Assembly: GCA_965372795.1 (NCBI GenBank)
Contig: CBDVDR010000005.1
Location: 97,605-161,604 of the forward strand
Source of the DNA: an uncultured bacterium
GTDB lineage: Bacteria; Zixibacteria; MSB-5A5; GN15; FEB-12
Direction: 5' to 3'
DNA length: 64,000 nucleotides
Both the position numbers and the translations under genes were made by a program. The stretch's first letter is position 1. Each line of letters begins with the position of its first letter. Positions 48,830 to 59,400 of this stretch are shown here, in pieces. The notes below the pieces were generated by a model. That model ran no database searches, was not told the origin of the DNA, and saw nothing but the letters and a program-made list of their open reading frames with translations.

Positions 48830-49518
48830 CTAAAACAATTCTATTAGTCGAAGATGATCCTAATCTTGCTGACGGACTTATTATAAATCTTGAAGCAGAG
48901 GGATATCAGGTAGTTCATGTTGACCACGGAAATCTGGTTCTGGATGAATTTCACAAAGGCAATTTTGATCTGATCTTACTCGATGTTATGCTTCCGGGAA
49001 TGGACGGAATAACGATCTGTAAAAATATCCGCAAGGAAGGTTCAGCTATTCCAATTCTCTTTATAAGCGCCAGAGCTGAGACTGATGAAAAGATTGAAGG
49101 ATTATTAGCTGGCGGAGATGATTATATAAGCAAACCGTTTGAGATTTCCGAACTGCTCGTTCGCATTCAGGGTATTTTCAGACGACAGGCATGGTTGACA
49201 ACAAAAGATGAAGTGGAAAATATTCTTGAATTTAAAGACCGTAAAATTAATTTTAAAACTTACGAAGCATCCGGACCCGGCGGACAGTATATTCTTTCTC
49301 GAAAAGAATGCATGGTTATGAAATATCTGGTAGAACGAAAAGGAGAAGTTGTCAGCCGTGATCAGCTTCTGGATGCTGTTTGGGGTTACCATATATACCC
49401 AACCAATCGCACTATTGATAATTTCATATTGAAATTGCGAAAAATATTTGAAAATGACCCCAAAAATCCCGAATTTATCGAAACAATCCGGGGGGTCGGC
49501 TATCGTTTTTCAGATTGA
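48820..49518 (+). CDS. OmpR-family response regulator
   Basis: VEDD, DVMLPGMDG, DDYISKPF, RTIDNFI, TIRGVGYRF. Confidence 0.95.
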   Translation: MAVTKTILLVEDDPNLADGLIINLEAEGYQVVHVDHGNLVLDEFHKGNFDLILLDVMLPGMDGITICKNIRKEGSAIPILFISARAETDEKIEGLLAGGDDYISKPFEISELLVRIQGIFRRQAWLTTKDEVENILEFKDRKINFKTYEASGPGGQYILSRKECMVMKYLVERKGEVVSRDQLLDAVWGYHIYPTNRTIDNFILKLRKIFENDPKNPEFIETIRGVGYRFSD

Positions 49519-49560
49519 GGATAATTTTAAAAATTTTTAAGAAATATTTTTTCCTAAAAC

Positions 49561-49569
49561 TTATCCACA
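49561..49569 (+). promoter_or_regulatory. Perfect DnaA box
   Basis: TTATCCACA in the AT-rich intergenic region before pth. Confidence 0.45.
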
Positions 49570-49753
49570 TTTTATTGCCCGATTAATAAATAAATCTGTA
49601 ATTATCAGTAACGCAGCCCTACAGGGATTGTATCTCATTGTTATTCAATGACTTTATAATTCAACATAACTCTTTATTCGCTTGACTATTTTGTGGATTT
49701 TATTATTATTCAAAGCTTGCCGATTGGGCTGTCAGTTTATAAATTGACCACCC

Positions 49754-50329
49754 ATGACTATGCTAATTATTGGTTTAGGAAATATCGGCAACAAATATTG
49801 CAGTACCCGACATAATATCGGATTTGATATTGTCGAGGCTGTGGCCAGGGATTTAAAGATTAAGTTTGAAAAAACGAACTCTTTATATCTTGAGGCGGTT
49901 AAAAGAACTGATGATTCAGAAATTGTTCTGATTAAGCCAACAACTTATATGAACCTTTCCGGATTAGCAGTCGATGCTCTTTTACAAAATTATAATCTCG
50001 ACCCGGATGCGATTTTAGTAGTAGTTGATGATTTTAATCTGCCACTTGGAAAAGTCAGATTTCGAAAATTCGGTTCTGATGGCGGTCATAACGGACTGGC
50101 TTCAATTATCGAACAGCTTGGGACTGATTCTTTTAAACGCTTAAGAATTGGAATCGGACCGATACCGGACAATATTGACACTATCGATTTTGTTCTAAGT
50201 GAATTTACTAAAGATGAAACGATAGAGGTCGAGAAAATTATTGAAAATGCTGCTGGAGCGATTATTTATGCCATGAAGCATGATTTCGATTCAGCTATGA
50301 ATAAATATAATAATAGTGACCCTGCTTAG
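49754..50329 (+). CDS. pth: Peptidyl-tRNA hydrolase
   Basis: GLGNIG, TRHNIGF, KPTTYMNLSG, GGHNGL, RLRIGIG. Confidence 0.97.
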   Translation: MTMLIIGLGNIGNKYCSTRHNIGFDIVEAVARDLKIKFEKTNSLYLEAVKRTDDSEIVLIKPTTYMNLSGLAVDALLQNYNLDPDAILVVVDDFNLPLGKVRFRKFGSDGGHNGLASIIEQLGTDSFKRLRIGIGPIPDNIDTIDFVLSEFTKDETIEVEKIIENAAGAIIYAMKHDFDSAMNKYNNSDPA

Positions 50330-50390
50330 CTTTTTCCACAACACAGGCTATGCCGTTTGAACCCTTAAACGTCCAAAGGGAGGATGTATA

Positions 50391-50846
50391 GTGCGAGTCT
50401 ACGAGACTACCTTTATCATTAACCCCCAGTTAGAAGAAGCTACGATTGACAAGAAAGTTAATTTAGTAGCCGAACTCATCTCCAATAATGACGGAAAGAT
50501 TCTTCATACCGATCATATTGGAACCCGCCGTCTTGCTTATGAAATAGGCGGATTGACACAGGGATATTATGCCAGCTTCATCTTTGAAGCCAAGCCTGAA
50601 ATTCCAAAAACCCTTGATCATCATTTTAAGCTTGATGAAACCTACTTGCGTTTTCTGACAGTATGCTATGAAGGCAATGTACTGGAAGATAAACAGAAGC
50701 TTGAAGAAAAAAATCTTGCGGAAGCAAATGAAGCAAAATCTAAGGTTAAAGAGGTTGTTGAAGAAACAACAACCGAAGAAACTGCAGAACCTGCCTCTGA
50801 GGAAACTCCTCAGGATAAAGCGACCAAAGATGATGAAGAACTTTAA
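50391..50846 (+). CDS. rpsF: 30S ribosomal protein S6 with acidic C-terminal tail
   Basis: YETTFII, GTRRLAYEI, GYY; GGAGG RBS with GTG start. Confidence 0.95.
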   Translation: MRVYETTFIINPQLEEATIDKKVNLVAELISNNDGKILHTDHIGTRRLAYEIGGLTQGYYASFIFEAKPEIPKTLDHHFKLDETYLRFLTVCYEGNVLEDKQKLEEKNLAEANEAKSKVKEVVEETTTEETAEPASEETPQDKATKDDEEL

Positions 50847-50884
50847 TTTAATGGAATCGAAAGCTAAACAAATAGAGGTTTCTA

Positions 50885-51112
50885 ATGCGTGAACCAAGAA
50901 GAAAAAAGATATGTCGCTTCTGCGAAAATCATATCAAGTACATTGATTATAAAGATGAGCGGGTATTAAAACGCTTTGTTAACGAGCGAGGAAAAATTAT
51001 TCCGCGTCGTGTAAGTGGCAACTGTGCCAAACATCAGCGGAAATTAACTCAAGCTATCAAACGCGGTCGTATTTTAGCGATTATGGCTTTTGAAAGTGAA
51101 TCATACAGATAA
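50885..51112 (+). CDS. rpsR: 30S ribosomal protein S18, zinc-binding form
   Basis: [24 protein letters not shown]. Confidence 0.97.
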   Translation: MREPRRKKICRFCENHIKYIDYKDERVLKRFVNERGKIIPRRVSGNCAKHQRKLTQAIKRGRILAIMAFESESYR

Positions 51113-52136
51113 AACAGATGTTACTTTTAATGATGTTTATTCCAAATTGGCGATGAAAAAACCAATGAGAAACCATTCCATCTCAATTATAATAGCGATG
51201 GTTCTTTTCTCAGCCGTCATTTTCAGTGGATCAGTTGAATCTATCAGCTTTTTCTCACTGTTACTTTCGGCATTTGCGTATTTTTTGACTGTTTATCTCT
51301 TTTTTGGAATTGCACACCTTGCTCACCAGCAAAGGACATATCTTCTTTGGGGAGGAGCAATTGGCGCCATCATTATTGGTTATCTGTTTTCCGGGTTAGG
51401 AAATATTTTAGATTTGATACTGACCTGGAGTACGATACTATTTGCCGGAGTTATAACGGGAAGAATGAATATTACTCAATATCGACAAACCAAAATTTAT
51501 CTGCTGGGCTTATCAGCTGTGATCTTTTTCAGCCTGATTCAGATGTATCCTGTCTGGTCAGACCTGATTAGATTAGCGACTGAGAATTCTCAGCTGATGA
51601 TCGAAGAAGTTAGACAGAATCTAACTACGCTTGGTTATTCTGAAGAGATCATCGCCGACAATATCGCCTTTTTCCAAAATATGACGGTGGTAATGATCCG
51701 GTTGATCCCGGCCAGTATGATTTTGGGGATTATGTTTCAATTCACTCTTGGGTATATATTATTCCTGATGCGACTCGATAAAGAGGATGGTATTTTCAAA
51801 CGATTAAAACCGTATATCCTTTGGAAAATGCCGTTTGCTTTTACACCGGTATTAATGCTGACAATTATATGCAGACTTTTAGGCAATGATCAAGTTCAGA
51901 TCGTTGCTGATAATGTGCTTACGGTTTTATCTGTTTATTATTGTCTGACTGGTTTATCTGTTGTAGAATTTTACTTGAAAAAGTTAAAAATTTCGAAGTT
52001 TATGAAAATATTATTTTATGTCATGTTGTTCTTTACTCAGTTAGTTGGTTATTTTGTGATAATAATTGTCGGATTTATCGATAGTTTTACTGACTGGCGA
52101 AAAGTAAAAACTCATGAAATTATTGGTATGAATTAG
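51090..52136 (+). CDS. DUF2232 (YybS-like) membrane protein
   Basis: Multi-TM protein between rpsR and rpl[12 protein letters not shown]-terminal motif. Start uncertain (51090, 51096 or 51153). Confidence 0.8.
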   Translation: MKVNHTDKTDVTFNDVYSKLAMKKPMRNHSISIIIAMVLFSAVIFSGSVESISFFSLLLSAFAYFLTVYLFFGIAHLAHQQRTYLLWGGAIGAIIIGYLFSGLGNILDLILTWSTILFAGVITGRMNITQYRQTKIYLLGLSAVIFFSLIQMYPVWSDLIRLATENSQLMIEEVRQNLTTLGYSEEIIADNIAFFQNMTVVMIRLIPASMILGIMFQFTLGYILFLMRLDKEDGIFKRLKPYILWKMPFAFTPVLMLTIICRLLGNDQVQIVADNVLTVLSVYYCLTGLSVVEFYLKKLKISKFMKILFYVMLFFTQLVGYFVIIIVGFIDSFTDWRKVKTHEIIGMN

Positions 52137-52171
52137 TGTATCTGTTTTGGATATTATAGAAAGGACTTAAT

Positions 52172-52621
52172 ATGAAAGTCATTCTAAAAGAAGATGTCTT
52201 AGATCTGGGAAGTGCCGGCCAGACAATCGAAGTTAAAGATGGGTATGGGAGAAATTTCCTGTTTCCAAGAAATCTGGCTATTCCGGCGACTAAAGCAAAT
52301 TTGAAAGCAATCGGTGAGGTTCATAAACAGTCACAGATTCGTGATAAAAAACGTTTACGCGAAGCTGTAACTATTAAGGACCGCATTGAAAAACTGTCAA
52401 TTTCTGTGGAAGTTCTTGTTGGTGAAGAAGACAAACTCTTTGGATCAGTGACAAATGCTGATATTGCCGAATTAATGGTAAAAGAAGGTGTTACTGTTGA
52501 TAAACGCGCTATTGAATTAAAAGATCCTATTAAGGCTCTTGGCGTTTATACCGTTCCGATCAAAATTGACAAGAGCGTAACAGCAAACTTAAAGTTGTGG
52601 GTAATTAAGAAGTCATCATAG
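52172..52621 (+). CDS. rplI: 50S ribosomal protein L9
   Basis: MKVILKEDV..LG..VKDGYGRNFLFP, KLFGSVT, PIKALG. Confidence 0.97.
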   Translation: MKVILKEDVLDLGSAGQTIEVKDGYGRNFLFPRNLAIPATKANLKAIGEVHKQSQIRDKKRLREAVTIKDRIEKLSISVEVLVGEEDKLFGSVTNADIAELMVKEGVTVDKRAIELKDPIKALGVYTVPIKIDKSVTANLKLWVIKKSS

Positions 52622-52622
52622 A

Positions 52623-53117
52623 ATGAAATTCTTAGAAACCAAAATTGAAGGGTTGGCTTTGGATATGACCACAAATTCCCCTGTGGTCATATTAGCCCCC
52701 TTAGGTTTGGATAAGGTATTACCGATCTGGATTGGTCATGCAGAGGCTTGGGCGATTGCTATGGAATTATCCGGTGTAAAAGCCCGAAGGCCGATGACTT
52801 ATGATCTATTAGTTGAAATGATTGATTCACTCAAAGCTAAAATTTCCAGAGTCGAAATTACCGAGCTAAAAGAACAGACATTTTATGCTAAAATACATAT
52901 GATTTCTAATAGCAAAGATATTGAAGTTGATGCAAGACCATCAGATTCAATCGCTATTGCTTTGAAAAGCCACTCAAAGATTTTTGTTAATGAAGAATTG
53001 TTTAATCTGACTCCGGAAGAAACGGCAAAGATGCCTGATGTTTCAAACGATCCGGAATCCCTAAGGGAAAGGTTGAAAAGAATTGATCCTGAAGATTTCG
53101 GGAAATATTCACTTTAA
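52623..53117 (+). CDS. Bifunctional nuclease family protein (DUF151)
   Basis: LPIWIGHAEA, RPMTYDL, TFYA, DARPSDSIAIAL. Confidence 0.93.
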   Translation: MKFLETKIEGLALDMTTNSPVVILAPLGLDKVLPIWIGHAEAWAIAMELSGVKARRPMTYDLLVEMIDSLKAKISRVEITELKEQTFYAKIHMISNSKDIEVDARPSDSIAIALKSHSKIFVNEELFNLTPEETAKMPDVSNDPESLRERLKRIDPEDFGKYSL

Positions 53118-53122
53118 ATCTT

Positions 53123-54910
53123 TTGAAAACATTTCTAATTATATTGATTTTTGCCGTAATAGTAGCCTCTGTTACGGTCAGCGGTGAAGTGATCAATGAC
53201 GACAATGAAGTCGTTTCCCTTTATGCTCGCGGAAAAAGAATGCTTCGTCAAGGTGATTTCTACGAAGCAAAATCTGTTTTTGAAGAGCTGACCGGTAGAT
53301 TTTCAGAATCTAAAAATATTGATCTCTTTATTTTCAACCGCGCCAAAGCTGAGTTGTATCTGGATGAATATAGTAAAACTATCGCAAGTTTTTCTTATTT
53401 CATCAAAAGATTCCGTAATTCGACCGAACTCCCCTACGCCTATTTTTTCAGAGGAAATGGCTACTATTTAAATGGTGATGTAAACCGTTCAATCAAAGAT
53501 TACCTTGAAGCTCTGGCTCTCTCCAAATCTGATAAACTTGATCAAATTCTTATCGCATCGATCAATGGGGCGTTCAAAAATGCCGGTTCTATCGGACTAA
53601 TGAAAAAAGATTTTAAAGATCTACCGGAAAATAAACGATGCAAAATAGTTAAAGCTCTGGCGGAGATTCAGATTCTAAGAGGTGAATTTTCAAAAGCTGA
53701 AGAACTGCTCGCTTCATGTGGTGAATCTGTAGACTATTCCAGCCTTGGCAACCGGACTGAAAAATTAAAAGACAATTACGAGATCGCCTTTGTACTTCCC
53801 TTTTCAGGTGAATTAAATTCATTTGCTCAGGATATTTTCAATGGCGGAGTGATTGCGGCTCAGATGTTTCGCGCCGAAACAGGAAAAAGTCTTAAATTAA
53901 CCCCTTACGATACTAAGGGCGACCCCATTGATGCAGCTCGTATTATCAGCGAAATTTCCCGTTCCTTTTCTACTGATGCTGCGGTTGGACCATTAACCAG
54001 TGAGGAAGCTGCTGTTTCATCGGCAGTTTTAAACTGCGGATCATTACCGCTCGTTATTCCGGCAGCAACTCAAGCGGGTCTTACAAGGTTATCAGAAACT
54101 ACTTTTCAGTTATCACCGAATATTGAGCTTGAAGGTATTCGCATGGCTGAATACGCCATTCGAAATGTCTTGGCAGATTCTGCTGTAATAATTACTTCAA
54201 CAAATTCTGATCACCTAAGAATGGCACGAGCTTTCTCAGACAGATTCGAACAGCTTGGCGGGACAATTTTGGCAATCGAATATTATCGTCCTCGCGATAA
54301 TGACTTTGGTAAAATAATTCGGGATATCAAAGGCATGTTAATCGGATACCACCCTGATTCAACTTATTTTATAACTCCTGATGGTGACACCTTGTCTACC
54401 GAAGAAATAATTGCTAATGTCGACTGTTTATTTATGCCCGGCTCCCCTTCCCAGTTAAGACAGCTTGCTCAACAGTTACACTTTTATAGTCTCAACGGAT
54501 TCTATCTTGGTTCCGATGGCTGGAGCGATCAATCGGTCTTAAAACTTGGCGAAAGGGTTACCAAGGGTGTTGTATTTCCTTCCCCGTTTTTATCAAGCGG
54601 AAGCAGCGAAGAATATTTTACTTACGCCGCAATGTATGACAGCCGGTTTAAAGGACAGCCAACCCGGTTGGCAAATCTCGGATTTGATGCGGTCAGATTG
54701 ATTTCGTTGGCAATCAAAAATGGAAATCATTCCAAAGAATTGATTTCAGATTATCTTAAATCAATCGACAACTACGATGGCTCTTCCGGTAAAATCAGTT
54801 TTGGGAAAAATCGGGAAAATCTGGAAATGCCTCTCTTTCATATCAAGCTTAAACAAGCTATCCCCCTTGAAAGCCCGGTATCACAGCCCGAAGAGACTGA
54901 ATTAAATTAG
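53123..54910 (+). CDS. TPR plus periplasmic-binding-fold protein (LpoA/LppC-like)
   Basis: Signal peptide, N-terminal TPRs, IAFVLPFSG, YDTKG, VGPL, LGSDGW, GFDA. Confidence 0.75.
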   Translation: MKTFLIILIFAVIVASVTVSGEVINDDNEVVSLYARGKRMLRQGDFYEAKSVFEELTGRFSESKNIDLFIFNRAKAELYLDEYSKTIASFSYFIKRFRNSTELPYAYFFRGNGYYLNGDVNRSIKDYLEALALSKSDKLDQILIASINGAFKNAGSIGLMKKDFKDLPENKRCKIVKALAEIQILRGEFSKAEELLASCGESVDYSSLGNRTEKLKDNYEIAFVLPFSGELNSFAQDIFNGGVIAAQMFRAETGKSLKLTPYDTKGDPIDAARIISEISRSFSTDAAVGPLTSEEAAVSSAVLNCGSLPLVIPAATQAGLTRLSETTFQLSPNIELEGIRMAEYAIRNVLADSAVIITSTNSDHLRMARAFSDRFEQLGGTILAIEYYRPRDNDFGKIIRDIKGMLIGYHPDSTYFITPDGDTLSTEEIIANVDCLFMPGSPSQLRQLAQQLHFYSLNGFYLGSDGWSDQSVLKLGERVTKGVVFPSPFLSSGSSEEYFTYAAMYDSRFKGQPTRLANLGFDAVRLISLAIKNGNHSKELISDYLKSIDNYDGSSGKISFGKNRENLEMPLFHIKLKQAIPLESPVSQPEETELN

Positions 54911-54946
54911 ATGATAATTCTTATATTGGAATAAGTGGAGATTATT

Positions 54947-55153
54947 ATGACTGAAAAAAAAGTAGCTTTGAAAATGATTATTGATGGAAAAGAAAGAGAT
55001 ATCTCATTTGAAGAATTAGCTCTTTCGAATAACCTTGCCCAGGAAGCATTGGTCAGGTTACTTATTGATAAAAAACTGATTGAACCAAGAGAAATAATGG
55101 ATATGCTTGAAACAGTCAAAAAGGAACGCTACCGGACACCGGAGACCAAATAA
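54947..55153 (+). CDS. Small hypothetical protein (68 aa)
   Basis: GGAG RBS before ATG 54947; LALSNNLAQEALVRLLIDKKLI. Confidence 0.7.
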   Translation: MTEKKVALKMIIDGKERDISFEELALSNNLAQEALVRLLIDKKLIEPREIMDMLETVKKERYRTPETK

Positions 55154-55172
55154 AAGGTTTATTAAGTATACT

Positions 55173-55658
55173 ATGAATGAAATCGAGAAATCAAATACTG
55201 TAATCAGTACTGAAAAAACTATGATCTGGAAAGTTCATCCGGTAAAAAGACGGCCCTATGTCTCAATACTGGTTTCTATGTTTATCTTTCTCGTTGGAAT
55301 AGTTATTAATTACAGCACCCAATCTCAGGTTTTTACAATTTTGGCGCTGATCATTCTTTTGGCATCTTTAGCTAAATTTTATTTCCCAACCAGTTATGAA
55401 CTAACTGAAACTGAAATAATAATCAAAACTACAACCCAAACATTGAAAAAAAACTGGTCAATGTTTCGCAGTTGTTATCCTGATAAAAATGGAATTTTGC
55501 TTTCTCCTTTTGAAGATCCATCCCGTCTTGAAAATTTTAGAGGAATCTATTTGATGTTTCATGATAACCGGGATGAAGTAATAAATTTTGTTAAAACTCA
55601 TATTGAAAAACATAATTCTTCTAATAATAATGATATAACCGATGGAGCAGACTCATGA
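55173..55658 (+). CDS. Hypothetical protein with two TM helices and a YcxB/PH-like C-terminal domain
   Basis: WKVHP, two TM helices, YFPTSYEL, GILLSPF..RLENFRG. Start moved to ATG 55173. Confidence 0.7.
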   Translation: MNEIEKSNTVISTEKTMIWKVHPVKRRPYVSILVSMFIFLVGIVINYSTQSQVFTILALIILLASLAKFYFPTSYELTETEIIIKTTTQTLKKNWSMFRSCYPDKNGILLSPFEDPSRLENFRGIYLMFHDNRDEVINFVKTHIEKHNSSNNNDITDGADS

Positions 55659-56113
55659 GTTTTCTAAAAGGTGGCGCTGAGCTGCCTGACCCCGAAAAAT
55701 CCCCTTTGGCAGAAGAGGAAGATGCCATCCTTGAAAAACTTGCCAAAAAAGTAGTAGAGAAACGCATGGCTGTTCCGGCAATACTGTTCCTCGAATCAGT
55801 TAAACCGCTGAATTTTATCGGCTCTCAAACTATGATTTTTTTCGAACCGATAATCCAAACTGTTTTCAATTTTAAGGACTATGATACTTTTAGAGCGGCT
55901 TTGGAAAAAAGAGAGACCATTGAGATAATTTTACTTAAAATCGAAAAACATGATGCCGTTGCCCTGAAAAGGGATAAACTGATTAAAAAATATCTCAAAA
56001 AAGAGAAAAAAAACTGGAAATGGTATCAGCGCTGGCTGGGCATTTTTACACCGCCTATCAATATGCCGGAAGATATAATTAATCCCGACAAATCTCCGCC
56101 GAAAAAAGACTAA
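55655..56113 (+). CDS. Hypothetical protein
   Basis: GGAG RBS, ATGA overlap with the previous gene, PAILFLESVKPLNFIGSQ motif. Confidence 0.75.
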   Translation: MSFLKGGAELPDPEKSPLAEEEDAILEKLAKKVVEKRMAVPAILFLESVKPLNFIGSQTMIFFEPIIQTVFNFKDYDTFRAALEKRETIEIILLKIEKHDAVALKRDKLIKKYLKKEKKNWKWYQRWLGIFTPPINMPEDIINPDKSPPKKD

Positions 56114-56433
56114 TTGATTCTATTTTTACTGACTGATAGACCTTATTATCGTCTTGCCAATTTATAAATAATACTTATATTGCCTTATAAGTAAATATTA
56201 AAAAATTCCGATAAAGTACTAACATATCCTTTTCTTATGGATATTCGCAGTTTGTAATAAATTTTGTACACAGAATTATATTTTGACGATATTTGGAGCT
56301 AATTATGTTTTGCAGAGGCAGTCTCACAATTGCATTAATACTATTATCTATTTCAAACACATTTTCATTTATGCTGCTTTTTGATGGAACTGGTGACAGC
56401 ACTTTTTAAATTGAATATAAATAAGAAAATCAT

Positions 56434-59400
56434 ATGGAGATAAACATGACAATTGTAGATAATTCTATTATACACCCAAAGAAGACAATAACAGCAGTAA
56501 TTATCCTGTTTGTATTATTGATGGTTTCTCCACATCTTGTAAAACCTGTTTTTGCATCAACCCCTGATAAAGATAACTCCCCTCAGACTGAAAGTATTGA
56601 GAAATTCCTGACCTCAGATGGACATGTTGATCTCAACAAGGCAGAGCAGTCCGGGTATCAGGGTTCTTTAGATATTTCTGGTTATGATATTAAATTTGAT
56701 CGAATTACCAACGAATTGAAACTGAGTCAATCTTCTGTTAATGCTGATCCGGATGATATTTACTGGGCTGATGGGATTTCATCCTTACCCGGAACGAGTG
56801 ATCCCATTTCGGATATGATTATTTTCAATGGAGATCTAATTATCGGTGGTAGATTTGAAATCGTTGGTGACGTAGTATCAAAGGGTGTAGCTTCGTGGGA
56901 TGGAGTTTCATGGACATCTCTTTGCTCGAATCTCGATGGTGAAATTTACGCGTTAGGAGTCATAGGCAACAAGTTGATCGCAGCCGGAAGTTTTAATACA
57001 ATCGATGGTATCGCGGCGAACAACATCGCTTCTTGGGACGGCACCAATTGGTCGCCAATGGGTTCAGGTTTAGACGGTAATATCAATTCTATATTGGTTC
57101 ACCAGGATACAGTATATGCAGCAGGTTATATATATTCTCCATATAATAACATAGCACGTTGGGATGGTTCATCTTGGTCTACTATGGAATCTACTATGGG
57201 AACTGGAATGAATGAAGAAGTATATGCAATGACTGTTTACGACAACAAATTGGTTGTTGGTGGAAGTTTCACATCGGCCGGTGGACTATCTATTTCACGA
57301 GTTGCCACCTGGAACGGATTTACGTGGGCAAGGTTCGGATCAGGCATAAATAATGATGTATACGCTTTGAGTGTATTTAACAATAATCTGATCGCTGCAG
57401 GCTATTTCAATAGAGCTGGAGGTCTTCCCGTAACAAACATAGCCTCATGGAACGGCTCTACCTGGTCAGCCCTTGGAGTAGGGATGAACTCTAGCGTTTC
57501 TAGTTTGTGTGAATACGATGGTCAAATTATTGCAGGTGGACGTTTCGATGAATCAGGTGGTGACGAGGCACATCGTATAGCCGTCTGGAATGGTGTAAAT
57601 TGGCTCCCAATAGGTGATGGAGTGTCAGGACCTTCACCTTACCAAAGCATTGTTAATAAAATGATTGTATTTGACAATCAATTGGTTGTAGCTGGTAATT
57701 TCACTTCTGCAAGTGAAACCCCTGTTTTAAACATTGCTAAATGGGATGGAGCCTCATGGTCTGAGTTCTCCCCCGGAATGAGCAGCAATAAAACGACTGG
57801 CATTAATGCAATGACCATATTTGATGATAAGCTGATTGTAGGCGGTACATTTCTATCAGTAGGACATGGCGTCCCTGCCAAGAATATAGCCTCTTGGGAT
57901 GGATCAACTTGGTCTGATCTTGATGGAGGACTAACTGGCAATGGGATTAAAGATGGCGTCCATGCTTTGATAGTTTATGACAACAAATTAATTGTCGGCG
58001 GAGAATTTCAATCAGCAGGCAGTAGTTATCTCAATGTATTTCGAATCGCCGCCTGGGACGGAGTTTCCTGGTCAACTGTAGGCGGTGCAATGATGAGTGG
58101 CCCTGTATATGCTCTCCACATTTGGGAAAACAACTTGATTGCAGGTGGAGAGTTCGCTAACTACGGCGGGGGGGTAGGAACATCAAATATAGCTTTATGG
58201 GATGGATCCACCTGGTCATCTATAGGATCAACAGGTGCTGGAGGAGTGTATGGCAGCACTGGAGAAATATACTCACTTACTACCTATGATGGAAAGTTAA
58301 TTGCCGGAGGTAGCTTTAGTAATGCAGGGTTAATAGCTGCAAATAATATTGCCCAGTGGGATGGTTCATACTGGAGAGCTATGGGATTAGGAATGAAATA
58401 TGGCTCTATATATTCAATGGTTATCTACAATGGTGAGCTTATAGCCGGGGGAATGTTCACAGTTGTTGGTGAAGAGAGAGCTTATAATATTGCTTCCTGG
58501 AACGGTACATCGTGGTCTGCTTTTAATCCGGGAGCAAATCAACCAATCTTCAGCATACTGGTTTTTAACAACAAATTAATAGTTGGCGGAAGGTACGATC
58601 AAATAGGTGGTTTTGATATTTATAGAATTGCAGCATACAATGGCATTACTTGGGAAAACCTGGGTTCGGGGATGAATCTTCAAGTAGATTGGTATGCATC
58701 AGTAAATGCGATAATTCCTTATGATAATAGCCTCTTTGTTGGAGGGACATTTCTTTCAGCAGGTGATAAGGCAACACCCTATATTGCTCAATGGACCAAA
58801 GAATGTACTGGAATGGATGATTACGATTCTGATGGTTTCGGAGATGCTTGTGACAATTGTCCACTAAATGCCAACGCTGATCAAATCGATACAAACCATG
58901 ATGGCATAGGAGATGCTTGTCAGTTTGTTGAAGAGACTCCTGTTGGTGAAGGTGTTATTTCGAATCCGGGAGCTGGAGTCGAAATGACTTTTGACAATGT
59001 AGGCACATCGGGTAATACGGTCGTCACTTATGGTACTGCAGGACCAGAAGCTAATAGTAATTTCCAAATCATTCCTTCTGGTTTACCAGGCTATTATAAT
59101 ATTTCTACTGAGGCAGATTTCACCGGTAATATCGAACTATGTATCAACTACGATGATGCCGGTTTGACTCCTGAAAATGAAGCCGGCCTTACTCTTCAAC
59201 ATTACAATATTGATGATTGGTTTGATATTACAATATCTCTTGATACATCTGCCAATCAAATTTGTGGATCAACCTCATCTCTCTCACCTTTTGTTTTAGC
59301 ATATGCAGGTTCCTGTTGCCAGATACGCGGCGACTTTGATCATTCCGGTGGATCTATCCCGGTTGATATTGTCGACCTCACTTTCCTTATTGATTTTATG

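Noticed and set aside
49519..49753. oriC call
   Set aside because: Only one perfect DnaA box and no dnaA or dnaN in the window
50463..50897. 144-aa minus-strand ORF and 74-aa alternative-frame ORF
   Set aside because: Shadows of rpsF and its acidic tail
56114..56433. Riboswitch upstream of the propeller gene
   Set aside because: AT-rich, with no recognisable aptamer or convincing nested stems by eye
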